Positions 46,542 to 55,853 of a stretch of 64,000 nt of DNA are shown piece by piece (within the stretch, counting starts at the first letter, position 1; every line of letters starts with the position of its first letter). The position numbers and the translations under genes were made by a program. Source of the DNA: Candidatus Wildermuthbacteria bacterium (lineage in GTDB: Bacteria > Patescibacteriota > Minisyncoccia > Minisyncoccales > UBA10102); contig JACPMK010000003.1 of the NCBI GenBank assembly GCA_016186115.1, positions 154,470-218,469 on the forward strand. Direction: 5' to 3'. The notes under the pieces are model-generated. The model saw only the letters and a program-made list of their open reading frames with translations, had not been told where the DNA came from and did no database searches.

Positions 46542-47588
46542 ATGTTTAGCTATGAAAAAATCTGTTCCCAGCTTCTTTCTGATACTCACCCTCGAACAAA
46601 GGATATTTTAACCAAGCGTTTCGGGCTGTATTCCGAGGAGCCGCAAACTCTTGAGGCCATCGGGAAAAGCCACGGCATTACAAGAGAAAGAGTGAGACAA
46701 ATCGTGGAAGATGGGATCGCTTTGCTCAAAGAAAAAGCGCTTCGCAATCGAAAAGAAAATCCTGAAGTTCAGGAGGTGTTGCGATATTTTGCAGACGCAT
46801 TGCGAAAGCTCGGATATGTCAAGAAAGAAGACCTTTTTATCGAATATCTTGAGGCAAAACCCCTTTCCTGCGAGGTCATATTTTTGATGCATTTGGAAGA
46901 TCGCTTCGCGAGGCATCGCGAAACCGAGGATTTCTATCCATTCTGGAGCGCGAAAAGAGAATACGTCGATCAGGCCCCAGCCATTCATCAAACGGTTATT
47001 GACTACCTCAAAGAACACAGCGCGATTCTTTCTGATGAAGAAATAAAAGAAGAGCTTTTAGCGAAGATTGAAAATCAGTTGCATCATCGTACATTCTTTT
47101 CTTTGCTCGAAAGTTCCAAGCACATTATGCAGGCGTATGATGGAAAATGGGGTTTGAGACAATGGCCAGAAGTGAATCCGCGCGGCATGAGAGAAAAAGC
47201 ATATATTGTATTGCGGAATGCGGGCAAACCCTTGCACTTTCTTCAAATTACGGAACACATTGATCATTTGCAAAAGCTCTTGCCAAGTCGTCCGGAAAGA
47301 GCAGTGCTTTCGCAGACCGTACATAACGAGCTTATTAAAGATCCCCGCTTTGTGCTGGTTGGAAGAGGAATTTATGCATTGAAGGACTGGGGATACGAAT
47401 CGGGAACAGTGCGGGATGTGTTGGTGGCTATTCTGGAACAGGCGGATGAACATCTCAGCAGAGAAGAGCTTATTCAGAAAACATTGGAACAGCGTCAGGT
47501 AAGAGAGAGCACTATTCTTTTAAATCTCCAAGATCGGGATCAGTTTGCGCGTGACGAGCAGGGGAGATATTATTTGGTACATATCTAA
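46542..47588 (+). CDS. Sigma70 region-4 HTH plus HARE-HTH (RNAP delta-like) protein
   Basis: RFGL...QTLEAIG...GITRERVRQI; KPLHF..I, QTVHNELIKDPRFVLVGRGIYAL..WG. Confidence 0.85.
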   Translation: MFSYEKICSQLLSDTHPRTKDILTKRFGLYSEEPQTLEAIGKSHGITRERVRQIVEDGIALLKEKALRNRKENPEVQEVLRYFADALRKLGYVKKEDLFIEYLEAKPLSCEVIFLMHLEDRFARHRETEDFYPFWSAKREYVDQAPAIHQTVIDYLKEHSAILSDEEIKEELLAKIENQLHHRTFFSLLESSKHIMQAYDGKWGLRQWPEVNPRGMREKAYIVLRNAGKPLHFLQITEHIDHLQKLLPSRPERAVLSQTVHNELIKDPRFVLVGRGIYALKDWGYESGTVRDVLVAILEQADEHLSREELIQKTLEQRQVRESTILLNLQDRDQFARDEQGRYYLVHI

Positions 47589-48910
47589 TGCCAGATTTTG
47601 CTCCACAAGGAATTTTCGTAGCATTTTTCGCCATCTTGCAGGCCATTGTAAAATGGTGGTGGCTTTGGCTGCCTTTTGTTTTGTATAAACCCTTTGTGAC
47701 GATGTGGATATGGTGGCGCAGGGAAATTTGGCTTTCCAAGCAGCGTTTTGTGATTCTTGATGTTCGGGTGCCGGCTGATGTGGAGAAATCCTATATGGCC
47801 ATGGAAAATGTCTTCACGGGAATTTGGCAGGCACTCCATGATCCGCCAGACATTCCGGAGAAATGGCTCGACGGGAAATTTCAGCTTCCAATCGCGGTTG
47901 AAATCGTTTCAATCGCAGGAGAAATTCATTTTTATTTTGCGATGCTTCAGGGAGTGAGAAAAGGCGTGGAATCAGCAATTTACTCCCAGTTTCCTTCTGC
48001 AGAATTTAGCGAGGCGGAGGATTACAGCAGAAAAATTCCTTTCGATATCCCGAACAGGGAATGGAATTTGTGGGGCACAAACTACCGTTTTCAAAAAAGT
48101 GATGTGTATCCCATTAAGACCTTCATGAAGTTTTTTGAGCCAAGACCTGATGCCAAGGAAGAAACAAAAGTTGATCCCATGGGATTGTTGTTGGAGGGTT
48201 TAAGCCGCCTTGGTGAGGGCGAGCAACTTTGGATTCAATACTTGCTTAGCCCCATTACCCCGGAAGACGACTACGACTACGTTGCTCTCGGAAGAAAAGA
48301 AATAGATAGAATTGTCGAGGAACGCGCCAAGCCAAAGGCGGCAGCAGGCCCCCGTCTTCCTTGGTTCCTCACCCTTTTCAGGGACACGATTATTCAGATT
48401 GTGACTGGTCAGCCACCTGCCGAAGAAGAACAAAAGAAAGAAGAAAGAGTGCCTGCCGCCTTTGAGTTTACGCCCGGGGTTCGGGAGATGACTTCAGCTA
48501 TCGAGCAGAAGATCGGCAAATACGCTTTTCGAAGTTCGGTGCGATTTATCTATCTTGCAAAGATCGATAACTATTTCAGCCCGGCAAAGGGATTTGCAAT
48601 GTCCTATTTCACGCAGTTTAGCACGCAAACACTGAATAAGTTGCGGCCCTTCAAGGCAACTCTGACGAAAGTGAACACGATTACGATGCGGTTTTTGGAT
48701 AAGCGCAGGACCTACCTTGTAAAGCGCAGATTATTGAGAAAATATTTGAGACGCGAACCTCCGGAAGGAAGCGCAGGGCACGTATTGCTCAATACGGAAG
48801 AAATGGCTACCTTGTTTCATTTTCCTGGGCGACTTACTGCTACTACTGCCCCGCTTGCCCGCGTGGAGACAAAGCGCGGCGGAGCCCCTCCCGAATTACC
48901 AACAGAATAG
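47588..48910 (+). CDS. Membrane-anchored conserved protein, partner of the VirD4-like ATPase
   Basis: N-terminal TM, IYSQFP, YPIKT, WIQY, LNTEEMATLFHFP. Confidence 0.75.
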   Translation: MPDFAPQGIFVAFFAILQAIVKWWWLWLPFVLYKPFVTMWIWWRREIWLSKQRFVILDVRVPADVEKSYMAMENVFTGIWQALHDPPDIPEKWLDGKFQLPIAVEIVSIAGEIHFYFAMLQGVRKGVESAIYSQFPSAEFSEAEDYSRKIPFDIPNREWNLWGTNYRFQKSDVYPIKTFMKFFEPRPDAKEETKVDPMGLLLEGLSRLGEGEQLWIQYLLSPITPEDDYDYVALGRKEIDRIVEERAKPKAAAGPRLPWFLTLFRDTIIQIVTGQPPAEEEQKKEERVPAAFEFTPGVREMTSAIEQKIGKYAFRSSVRFIYLAKIDNYFSPAKGFAMSYFTQFSTQTLNKLRPFKATLTKVNTITMRFLDKRRTYLVKRRLLRKYLRREPPEGSAGHVLLNTEEMATLFHFPGRLTATTAPLARVETKRGGAPPELPTE

Positions 48911-49007
48911 TTGTGCAATTCAGAGAGCATTGGAAATCCCCAATGCTTGTCTTTTTGAAAAGCCCTCTTTGCTTTGAGGAGGATTCGAGATACAATAAAT
49001 AGGAATT

Positions 49008-50633
49008 ATGGCAAACGGCAACGATATCACATTATTTGGGGAGACCAACTTTCGGAATATCCGAAGGAAGTTCGGCATCAAGCTTGACGATCGCCGCCGC
49101 CACATGTATGTGATCGGGAAGACCGGTATGGGAAAGAGCGAAACGCTCAAAAACATGGCCATTCAGGATATTCAACGCGGCTATGGAGTCGGATTTATTG
49201 ATCCTCATGGCGAGGCAGTGGAGGACCTGTTGCATTTTGTGCCCAAAGAGCGTATCCAAGATGTGGTATATTTTAACCCTGCAGATACCAACTTTCCCGT
49301 TGCGTTTAATGTCATGGAATCTGTAGATCCTGAAAAGCATCACTTGATTGCCGCGGGGTTGATGTCGGTGTTCAAAAAAATCTGGCCCGACGTGTGGTCG
49401 GCTCGCATGGAGTATATTTTGAACTATGCAATTCTTGCACTCTTGGAAGATCCCAATTCAACTCTGCTCGGGATTAACCGCATGCTTTCGGATGTGGAAT
49501 ATCGCCAGCAGGTTGTGGAGCATGTGAAAGATCCCGTGGTAAAAGCATTCTGGCTGCAGGAATATGCAAGATACACGCAGCGCTATGAAGTTGAGGCAAC
49601 CGCCGCAATTCAAAATAAAGTGGGACAGTTTATTTCCTCATCTCTTATCCGTAATATTATTGGTCAGCTTAAGTCCAGCATTAATATGCGCGAGATTATG
49701 GATCGGCAAAAAATTTTGCTGGTCAATTTATCGAAAGGGAAAATAGGAGAGGACAGCTCCCGCCTCTTGGGGGGACTTCTCGTAACAAAATTGCAGTTGG
49801 CAGCAATGTCTCGCGTTGATATTCCGGAGGCAGAACGAAGCGACTTCTTCCTTTATATTGATGAGTTCCAGAATTTTGCGAGCGATAGTTTTGCTGGTAT
49901 TTTGTCAGAGGCAAGAAAGTACCGACTTTCGTTGATTTTGAGTCATCAGTATATTGCCCAGCTGGATGAAAAAGTGAGGGATGCGGTATTCGGGAATGTC
50001 GGAACTTTGGTTTCTTTTCGGATTGGAGCAGAGGACGCAGAAGCGTTTGAAAAAGAATTTTTTCCCGAATTTACCGCAGAGGATTTTGTTGATTTGGGAA
50101 AATATACGATTTATGTAAAGCTCATGATCGATGGAATTGCGAGCCATCCCTTCTCTGCAGTCACGCTTCCGCCGATGCCCCATCCAGAGGTTTCGTACGC
50201 CAAAGAGATTATTGAGAGTTCTCAAGCAAAATACGGAGCTCCCGCAAAAGAAGTGGAAGAACGAATTGTGCGCTGGTCCGGCATTGGGGAGTTAGAACAG
50301 CGTCTGCAGGAAAATCCTTTGCCGCAGCAGGCAAATCCCCCCGTGCTGTACGATGCGATTTGTAGTAATTGTAAGAAACCAACCAAGGTAGTGTTTCCTC
50401 CTGATGGCAAGAGACCAGTGTATTGCAAGAAATGCAGAAAGAATTTAAGAAGAGTGTCAGAAAAACAATCTTCTGCTTCTGTTGCTGCTGCTCCGCGCCC
50501 GGAACAACCTGCCAAGCCCAAGGATGGGCGGGAAGAGCTGCGAAAAGCGCTCAAAGATGCACTGCAAGGAGAATCATCCAATAAAGGAGTTTTGAATCCC
50601 GGCGATACGGTCTATTTTAAAAAGACCACATGA
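49008..50633 (+). CDS. VirD4/TraD/HerA-like P-loop ATPase with C-terminal CxxC-x17-CxxC zinc ribbon
   Basis: Walker A GKTGMGKS, IDPHG, Walker B LYIDEFQ, SEARKY, HQY; CSNC-x17-CKKC. Confidence 0.88.
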   Translation: MANGNDITLFGETNFRNIRRKFGIKLDDRRRHMYVIGKTGMGKSETLKNMAIQDIQRGYGVGFIDPHGEAVEDLLHFVPKERIQDVVYFNPADTNFPVAFNVMESVDPEKHHLIAAGLMSVFKKIWPDVWSARMEYILNYAILALLEDPNSTLLGINRMLSDVEYRQQVVEHVKDPVVKAFWLQEYARYTQRYEVEATAAIQNKVGQFISSSLIRNIIGQLKSSINMREIMDRQKILLVNLSKGKIGEDSSRLLGGLLVTKLQLAAMSRVDIPEAERSDFFLYIDEFQNFASDSFAGILSEARKYRLSLILSHQYIAQLDEKVRDAVFGNVGTLVSFRIGAEDAEAFEKEFFPEFTAEDFVDLGKYTIYVKLMIDGIASHPFSAVTLPPMPHPEVSYAKEIIESSQAKYGAPAKEVEERIVRWSGIGELEQRLQENPLPQQANPPVLYDAICSNCKKPTKVVFPPDGKRPVYCKKCRKNLRRVSEKQSSASVAAAPRPEQPAKPKDGREELRKALKDALQGESSNKGVLNPGDTVYFKKTT

Positions 50634-51694
50634 AAACAATACGCGACCTTGAGCTGAAAGGTAAGAGAGCGCTTCTTCGGTGCGATCTCAATGTACCTCT
50701 TGATGAAGAGGGGAATATTATTGATGATTTTCGCATCGCTGCGAGCATCCCTACCATTGCATACGCACTCAAACAACAGGCAAGAGTCATTCTTTTAACC
50801 CATCTGGGAGATCCGGAGGGGGAAATGATTGTGAAACTCCGGGTTGATAAAATTCAGGAAAAACTATTCGAATATCTCGATGTTTCGGTTACAAAAGCCG
50901 CAGATTGCATAGGGAAAGAAATTGAACAGTGGACTTTGGAAATGGCGCCGGGAGAACTATTGCTTTTGGAAAACGTACGGTTTCATAAAGAGGAAATGCT
51001 CAATGATGAGAATTTTGCAAAACAACTCGCCCTGCTTGGAGATGTTTTTATTAATGACGCATTTGGAGTTTCTCACCGGGCACATGCTTCTGTTGCGGGA
51101 ATCCCAAAATATCTGCCGTCGGGCATAGGACTGCTTTTTGAAAAGGAACTGCACGCGCTCCATCGCCTCTTGGAAAATCCCAAGCGGCCAGTCGTTGCAA
51201 TTGTGGGGGGAAAAAAAGTAGAAAGCAAACTTTCATTTATCAACCGTATCGCAGGGATTGCTGATGTCGTGCTGCTCGGTAATCTGCTTGCAAGAGAGGC
51301 CTTGCAAACCCATCTTCGCTGGGAGCATCCGGAAAAAATTGTTGTTCCTGTTGACGGAATTCCCAGTAATGAGCAGGCCCTTGATATCGGCCCAAAGACG
51401 CAGGATGCTTTTTTGGAAAAAATCCGTAACGCTTGCACAATTTTCTGGGCAGGGCCATTAGGCATGACCGAAGAAGAAAAATATGCACAAGGTTCTTTGC
51501 GAGTGGCAGAGGCGATCGGGAAGAGCAATGCCTTTTCGATCGCAGGAGGAGGGAATCTTCTCGCCTTTTTGAATGCATATCATCTTCGGGACCACTTTTA
51601 CCATGTTTCGACGGGAGGAGGCGCAATGCTTGCATTTATTGTAGGAGAAAAACTCCCGGGATTAGAAGCATTACACGAGTATGATGGAGGTTAA
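50630..51694 (+). CDS. pgk: Phosphoglycerate kinase (compact, 354 aa)
   Basis: RCDLNVP, HLG, LLENVRF, NDAFGVSHRAHAS, HVSTGGGA. Confidence 0.93.
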   Translation: MKTIRDLELKGKRALLRCDLNVPLDEEGNIIDDFRIAASIPTIAYALKQQARVILLTHLGDPEGEMIVKLRVDKIQEKLFEYLDVSVTKAADCIGKEIEQWTLEMAPGELLLLENVRFHKEEMLNDENFAKQLALLGDVFINDAFGVSHRAHASVAGIPKYLPSGIGLLFEKELHALHRLLENPKRPVVAIVGGKKVESKLSFINRIAGIADVVLLGNLLAREALQTHLRWEHPEKIVVPVDGIPSNEQALDIGPKTQDAFLEKIRNACTIFWAGPLGMTEEEKYAQGSLRVAEAIGKSNAFSIAGGGNLLAFLNAYHLRDHFYHVSTGGGAMLAFIVGEKLPGLEALHEYDGG

Positions 51695-52844
51695 AAACGT
51701 TCCAGAGGCTGCAGAGAGGATCAAAAAAGCAATTGATAAAAAAGAGCGCATTATTCTTTATGGGGATGCCGATTTGGACGGGGTTTGTTCGGTGTTGATT
51801 TTGAAGGAGGCATTAAAAAACATGGGGGGAGAAATTGCTGCCGTGTATTTTCCCAATCGCGAAGAAGAGGGGTACGGTATCACCAAGACGGCATTGGAAG
51901 CGCTTGGAAAATTCGCTCCCGCTCTTTTCATCGCGATGGATCTTGGGATATCGAATTTCGAGGAGATAGACCTTGCAAATCAAAAAGGATTCGAGGTTAT
52001 TCTTATTGATCACCATCAAATTCTTGGGTCCCTGCCGTCTGCCTTTTTGATCGTTGACCCCAAGCAGGAAGGCGAGCAGTATCCTTTCACTAGCTTTGCC
52101 GCGTGCGGACTTACCTTGCGGGTCGCAGAACATGTGCTTGGAAAGGCAATGACCAATTCTTTGCGCAAGAGCTTGGTTGAGCTCGCGACTCTGGGCACGA
52201 TTGCCGATATGATGCCGAGGGAGCAGGATAATCAAGCGCTTATCGAAGAGGGGTTATCGTATCTTCCGCAGTCATGGAGACCGGGTCTTCAGGCCCTTTT
52301 CCAATTCGAACCATTTTCTCAAGCATTAAGTTTGGAAGAAAAAATAGCGCGCGTCATCTCTCTCTTAAATGTGCGCGATATTCAATACGGACTGCCTGCG
52401 GCTTTTCGTCTTCTGGTTGTTTCGTCGCTGCAAGACGCGGAGGCGTTGCTTGAGCGTCTGTGGGAAATTAGCAAAGTGCGTCATGGCAATATCCGCGCGT
52501 TTGTCGAAGAAGTGGAAAGAAATATTGCAGCGAGAAGGGATGATCTTATCATCTTTGAAGGAACTACAGAGCTTGAGTACGTACTTTTGGGAGGGGCAGC
52601 TTCGGTACTTGCGAATCGATACAAAAAGCCCGTTTTTCTATATCGGGAAAGGGGAGCTGAAAGTTTAGGCAGTGTGCGAGCTCCTTTGGGGTATGATACT
52701 GTCAAGGCAATGACATATTGTTCGCAGTTTTTATCTACCTATGGCGGGCATGCACAGGCATCGGGCTTCCGTTTGAAAACAGAACATATCGATCAATTTC
52801 GATCTTGTCTTATCAAATTTTTTTCTACACATGAAAAATCCTGA
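51681..52844 (+). CDS. RecJ-like DHH phosphoesterase (no OB fold)
   Basis: YGDADLDG, DLG, IDHH, GTIADMM, GGHAQASG. Confidence 0.85.
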   Translation: MMEVKNVPEAAERIKKAIDKKERIILYGDADLDGVCSVLILKEALKNMGGEIAAVYFPNREEEGYGITKTALEALGKFAPALFIAMDLGISNFEEIDLANQKGFEVILIDHHQILGSLPSAFLIVDPKQEGEQYPFTSFAACGLTLRVAEHVLGKAMTNSLRKSLVELATLGTIADMMPREQDNQALIEEGLSYLPQSWRPGLQALFQFEPFSQALSLEEKIARVISLLNVRDIQYGLPAAFRLLVVSSLQDAEALLERLWEISKVRHGNIRAFVEEVERNIAARRDDLIIFEGTTELEYVLLGGAASVLANRYKKPVFLYRERGAESLGSVRAPLGYDTVKAMTYCSQFLSTYGGHAQASGFRLKTEHIDQFRSCLIKFFSTHEKS

Positions 52845-53280
52845 CCATTTGATTGTTCAAACCGACGGGGGAGCAAGGGGAAATCCCGGCCCCGCGGCGA
52901 TTGGAGTTGTGATTAGCGACAAACAGGGCAACATCCTAAAGAAATACGGAGAATATCTGGGGGAACAAACCAATAACTACGCTGAATATCAGGCAGTCAT
53001 TTCTGCCCTAAAGAAGATCAAACAACTCTTTGGCAAAGAGAACGCAAAAACCGCAATTATTGATGTGTTCGCTGATTCGGAGTTGCTGGTAAAACAAATG
53101 AATCATCAATATAAGGTAGAAAATGAGAGCGTCCAGCAACTTTTTTTGCAGCTGTGGAATCTTATCATTGATTTTCAAGAGGTACATTTTCATGCGGTGC
53201 CCCGGGAACAGAATAAAGAGGCAGACGCTCTTGTGAATGAGACACTCGATGCGCAACAAAAAGCAGCGAAACTTTTCTAA
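52831..53280 (+). CDS. rnhA: Ribonuclease HI family
   Basis: TDGGARGNPGPAAIG, TNNYAEY, DSELLVKQ, REQNKEAD. Confidence 0.92.
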   Translation: MKNPDHLIVQTDGGARGNPGPAAIGVVISDKQGNILKKYGEYLGEQTNNYAEYQAVISALKKIKQLFGKENAKTAIIDVFADSELLVKQMNHQYKVENESVQQLFLQLWNLIIDFQEVHFHAVPREQNKEADALVNETLDAQQKAAKLF

Positions 53281-53581
53281 GAAAAATATCCCAACGCCCG
53301 CTCTGCTCTGCTTGAAGAAGATTCCTAAAGGGAAAGTGACTACCTATAAGGAATTGGCAAGAGCGTGCGGTACTTCTCCACGGGCAGTCGGCAGAATGAT
53401 GGCGTGCAACCCTTATCCTCAAGAGTACCATTGCTATAAAATGGTCTCTTCGAGGGGGGAACTTTGCGGATATAGTGGCCATGGCGGATTGAAAGCCAAG
53501 AAAAAATTGCTGGAGAAAGAGGGTATCGAGGTTCACAACGGCAAAGTGGATTTGAAACGTTTTCTTTTTCGATTTGACTAA
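53249..53581 (+). CDS. MGMT/Ogt-like alkyl-DNA binding protein
   Basis: IPKGKVTTYKELA, PRAVG, HCYKMV (PCHRV variant), K.KLL..EG; start uncertain. Confidence 0.85.
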   Translation: MRNKKQRNFSKKNIPTPALLCLKKIPKGKVTTYKELARACGTSPRAVGRMMACNPYPQEYHCYKMVSSRGELCGYSGHGGLKAKKKLLEKEGIEVHNGKVDLKRFLFRFD

Positions 53582-53609
53582 TATTTTGAGTTCCCGTATA
53601 ATATAATTG

Positions 53610-54145
53610 CTTGGAGTGGCAAGGTAATCGCCCGCTAAATTTTCGCAAGAAAACTTAGTCGGGAGGAAAGTCCGAACACTCTGCTGCCATGATTGGCAGT
53701 AGAAACAGGTCAGGGCAATTCCCTGCTAGCCGATGTTTCATCGGTTATGAGGTGCGAACAGAGACGATTTTGTCTGAAAAGACAAAATCGTCCTTCGAAG
53801 CCCGCCGACTGGCGGGCGTAGGAGGACGATCTGGGTTATACAGCGGGTGTCCTCCTTTGCGTAAAGCTACGGAGGACAGCTTCGCCAAAGGCTCAGCTGA
53901 AACGGCTAAATCCTGCCCGGGTGCAAGAGTAAATCCTGCTGTCTATGCGTGTAGGAAAGACCTGCGGAATCTTGACCCAGTTTCGAAAACTGCGTTGCGT
54001 GAGATTCTTTTCTGCATAGGCGTGGGGAGAAAAGTAACTCGCTTGACCCCGAGAGTAATCGAGGGGCTAGATAGATGATTATCATTTTCTTTTCTGCGTG
54101 GACAACAGAAGAGAAAAACAGAATTCGGCTTACTGCCATTCCAAG
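53610..54145 (+). ncRNA. rnpB: RNase P RNA (enlarged, ~536 nt)
   Basis: P1 CTTGGAGTGGC/GCCATTCCAAG, GAGGAAAGTCCG, GTGCGAACAGAG, TGAAACGGCTAAATCC, TAGATAGATGATT, ACAGAATTCGGCTTA. Confidence 0.93.
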
Positions 54146-54151
54146 TTCCAT

Positions 54152-54182
54152 AGCAAAAGAGCGTGATTCGCGCTCTTTTGCT
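54152..54182 (+). terminator. rnpB terminator
   Basis: AGCAAAAGAGCG-tgattcg-CGCTCTTTTGCT. Confidence 0.8.
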
Positions 54183-54203
54183 TTATGGGATACAATAAAA
54201 AAG

Positions 54204-55841
54204 ATGACAATTTCTCAAATTTTTAATTCCCAGACAAAAACTATCGCTTTTGCCGCAGGGCTGCTTGCTGTTTCGTCGTTGATTAGCCGCTTCCTTGGAC
54301 TCATAAGAAATGCCATGCTTTCGTGGCGTTTCGGAGCAAGCGAGTCCACTGATATGTATTTTGCCGCATTTCAAATTCCCGACTTCTTATATGCCATCTT
54401 GATTACGGGTGGGGTTTCTGTTGTGTTTCTTCCTTTGTTTGCCTCATATATGGAACAGAACAAGGAAGAAGCATGGAAATTTGCGAGCAATCTTCTCAAT
54501 AGTGCTATTGGAATTCTCGTAGGCCTCGCAGTTCTCGCTGCCCTTTTCGCCCCCCTTCTTATGAAGCTTGTCGCACCGGGATTTACAGAGGATCAGATCC
54601 AAGTGGCCAGCAACCTTACGCGGCTGATGCTTCTCAGCCCAATTTTATTCGGCATATCCTCCATATTTTCGGGAATGCTTCAATATTTCAATAAATTCTT
54701 TGCGTATTCTTTAGCCCCAATTTTGTATAATTTGGGAATTATGTTCGGTATCGTATTTTTGGTTCCTCTATTTGATGTATGGGGGTTAGGGCTTGGCGTC
54801 GTGTTGGGCGCTCTTTTTCATGTGCTTATTCAAATTCCAGCTGCGATTCAGTCCGGATTTTCCTGGCGCGCGATATGTGACATGAGACATCCCTCGATTC
54901 AAAAGGCGATACGCATGACTTTTCCCCGTACCATTGCCTCTGCAGGATTTCAATTCAATCTTGTGGTTATTACTGCCTTGGCCTCCCTTATTTCTGCAGG
55001 AAGTATTACGATTTTTCAATACGCAAACGATCTTCAGTATGTGTCGATTGGCTTGGTGGGGGCGCCGTTCTCAATTGCCGCTTTTTCTGCGCTTTCCAGA
55101 TTATTTGCCCAGCAAAATTTTGAACAAATGAAACGGGTATTATCTCGTACAACAGCCCAGATCATTTTTTTCTTAATTCCTTTCTCCGTGCTTTTGTTTT
55201 TATTGAGAGCCCAGATCGTTCGTTTGGTGTATGGCAGCACTCCAAAATTTACATGGGAAGATACTCAGCTTACCGCGGCGGTATTGGGAATTTTCGCATT
55301 TGGGTTGGTGCTCTATGGTCTCATTCCATTATTCGCGCGAAGTTTTTTTGCTATGCAAGATACCAAAACCCCCACCATCTTCGGCCTTATGGCTATTGCG
55401 CTTAACATTGGTTCTGCCATAGGGCTGATGCAGCTTTTTGCGACAGAAAATGCGTTTCAGCAGTTTTTTGTATCTTTCTTAAAACTTCAGAATATTTCCG
55501 ATGTGCGCATTTTGGCGTTCCCCTTGGCTTTTGTGATATCGGGCATGTTTCAGGTAGCAACACTCGCAATTTTTTTGATGCGCGCAGTCCCCGCTCTTTT
55601 CGATAAGGCGTTTTTCCTTTCGGTGCGCAGGACTTTTATGCTCACTACAATAATTGGTATTGCAACCTATGCGACGCTTCATCTATATGGGGCAATCATC
55701 CCGCTTCGCACCTACACCGAGGTTCTTTTTCAATTTCTGTCGGCAGGATTGATTGGGATGTTGGCCGGCATCGCAACAGGATTTGCCGTGAAGTCGCCCG
55801 AACTACTTTCATTAGTAAGAAGATTGAAGAAGACGCCCTGA
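54204..55841 (+). CDS. murJ: Lipid II flippase MurJ
   Basis: SRFLGLIR, YFAAFQIPD, APILYNLG, RSFFAMQDTKTP; start at 54204 because the ORF's upstream extension overlaps rnpB. Confidence 0.93.
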   Translation: MTISQIFNSQTKTIAFAAGLLAVSSLISRFLGLIRNAMLSWRFGASESTDMYFAAFQIPDFLYAILITGGVSVVFLPLFASYMEQNKEEAWKFASNLLNSAIGILVGLAVLAALFAPLLMKLVAPGFTEDQIQVASNLTRLMLLSPILFGISSIFSGMLQYFNKFFAYSLAPILYNLGIMFGIVFLVPLFDVWGLGLGVVLGALFHVLIQIPAAIQSGFSWRAICDMRHPSIQKAIRMTFPRTIASAGFQFNLVVITALASLISAGSITIFQYANDLQYVSIGLVGAPFSIAAFSALSRLFAQQNFEQMKRVLSRTTAQIIFFLIPFSVLLFLLRAQIVRLVYGSTPKFTWEDTQLTAAVLGIFAFGLVLYGLIPLFARSFFAMQDTKTPTIFGLMAIALNIGSAIGLMQLFATENAFQQFFVSFLKLQNISDVRILAFPLAFVISGMFQVATLAIFLMRAVPALFDKAFFLSVRRTFMLTTIIGIATYATLHLYGAIIPLRTYTEVLFQFLSAGLIGMLAGIATGFAVKSPELLSLVRRLKKTP

Positions 55842-55853
55842 ATCGCAAATGAT

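Noticed and set aside
47588..50633. Conjugative element or prophage
   Set aside because: No relaxase, integrase, VirB or phage structural genes; the ATPase overlaps pgk in a housekeeping operon.
50630..52844. Short Pgk and RecJ-like proteins as pseudogenes
   Set aside because: Reading frames are intact with core motifs and coupled starts and stops; more consistent with streamlined variants.
53689..54203. ORFs 53689-54078, 53906-54151 and the N-terminal extension of ORF 54075
   Set aside because: They overlap the RNase P RNA and its terminator; murJ more plausibly starts at 54204.
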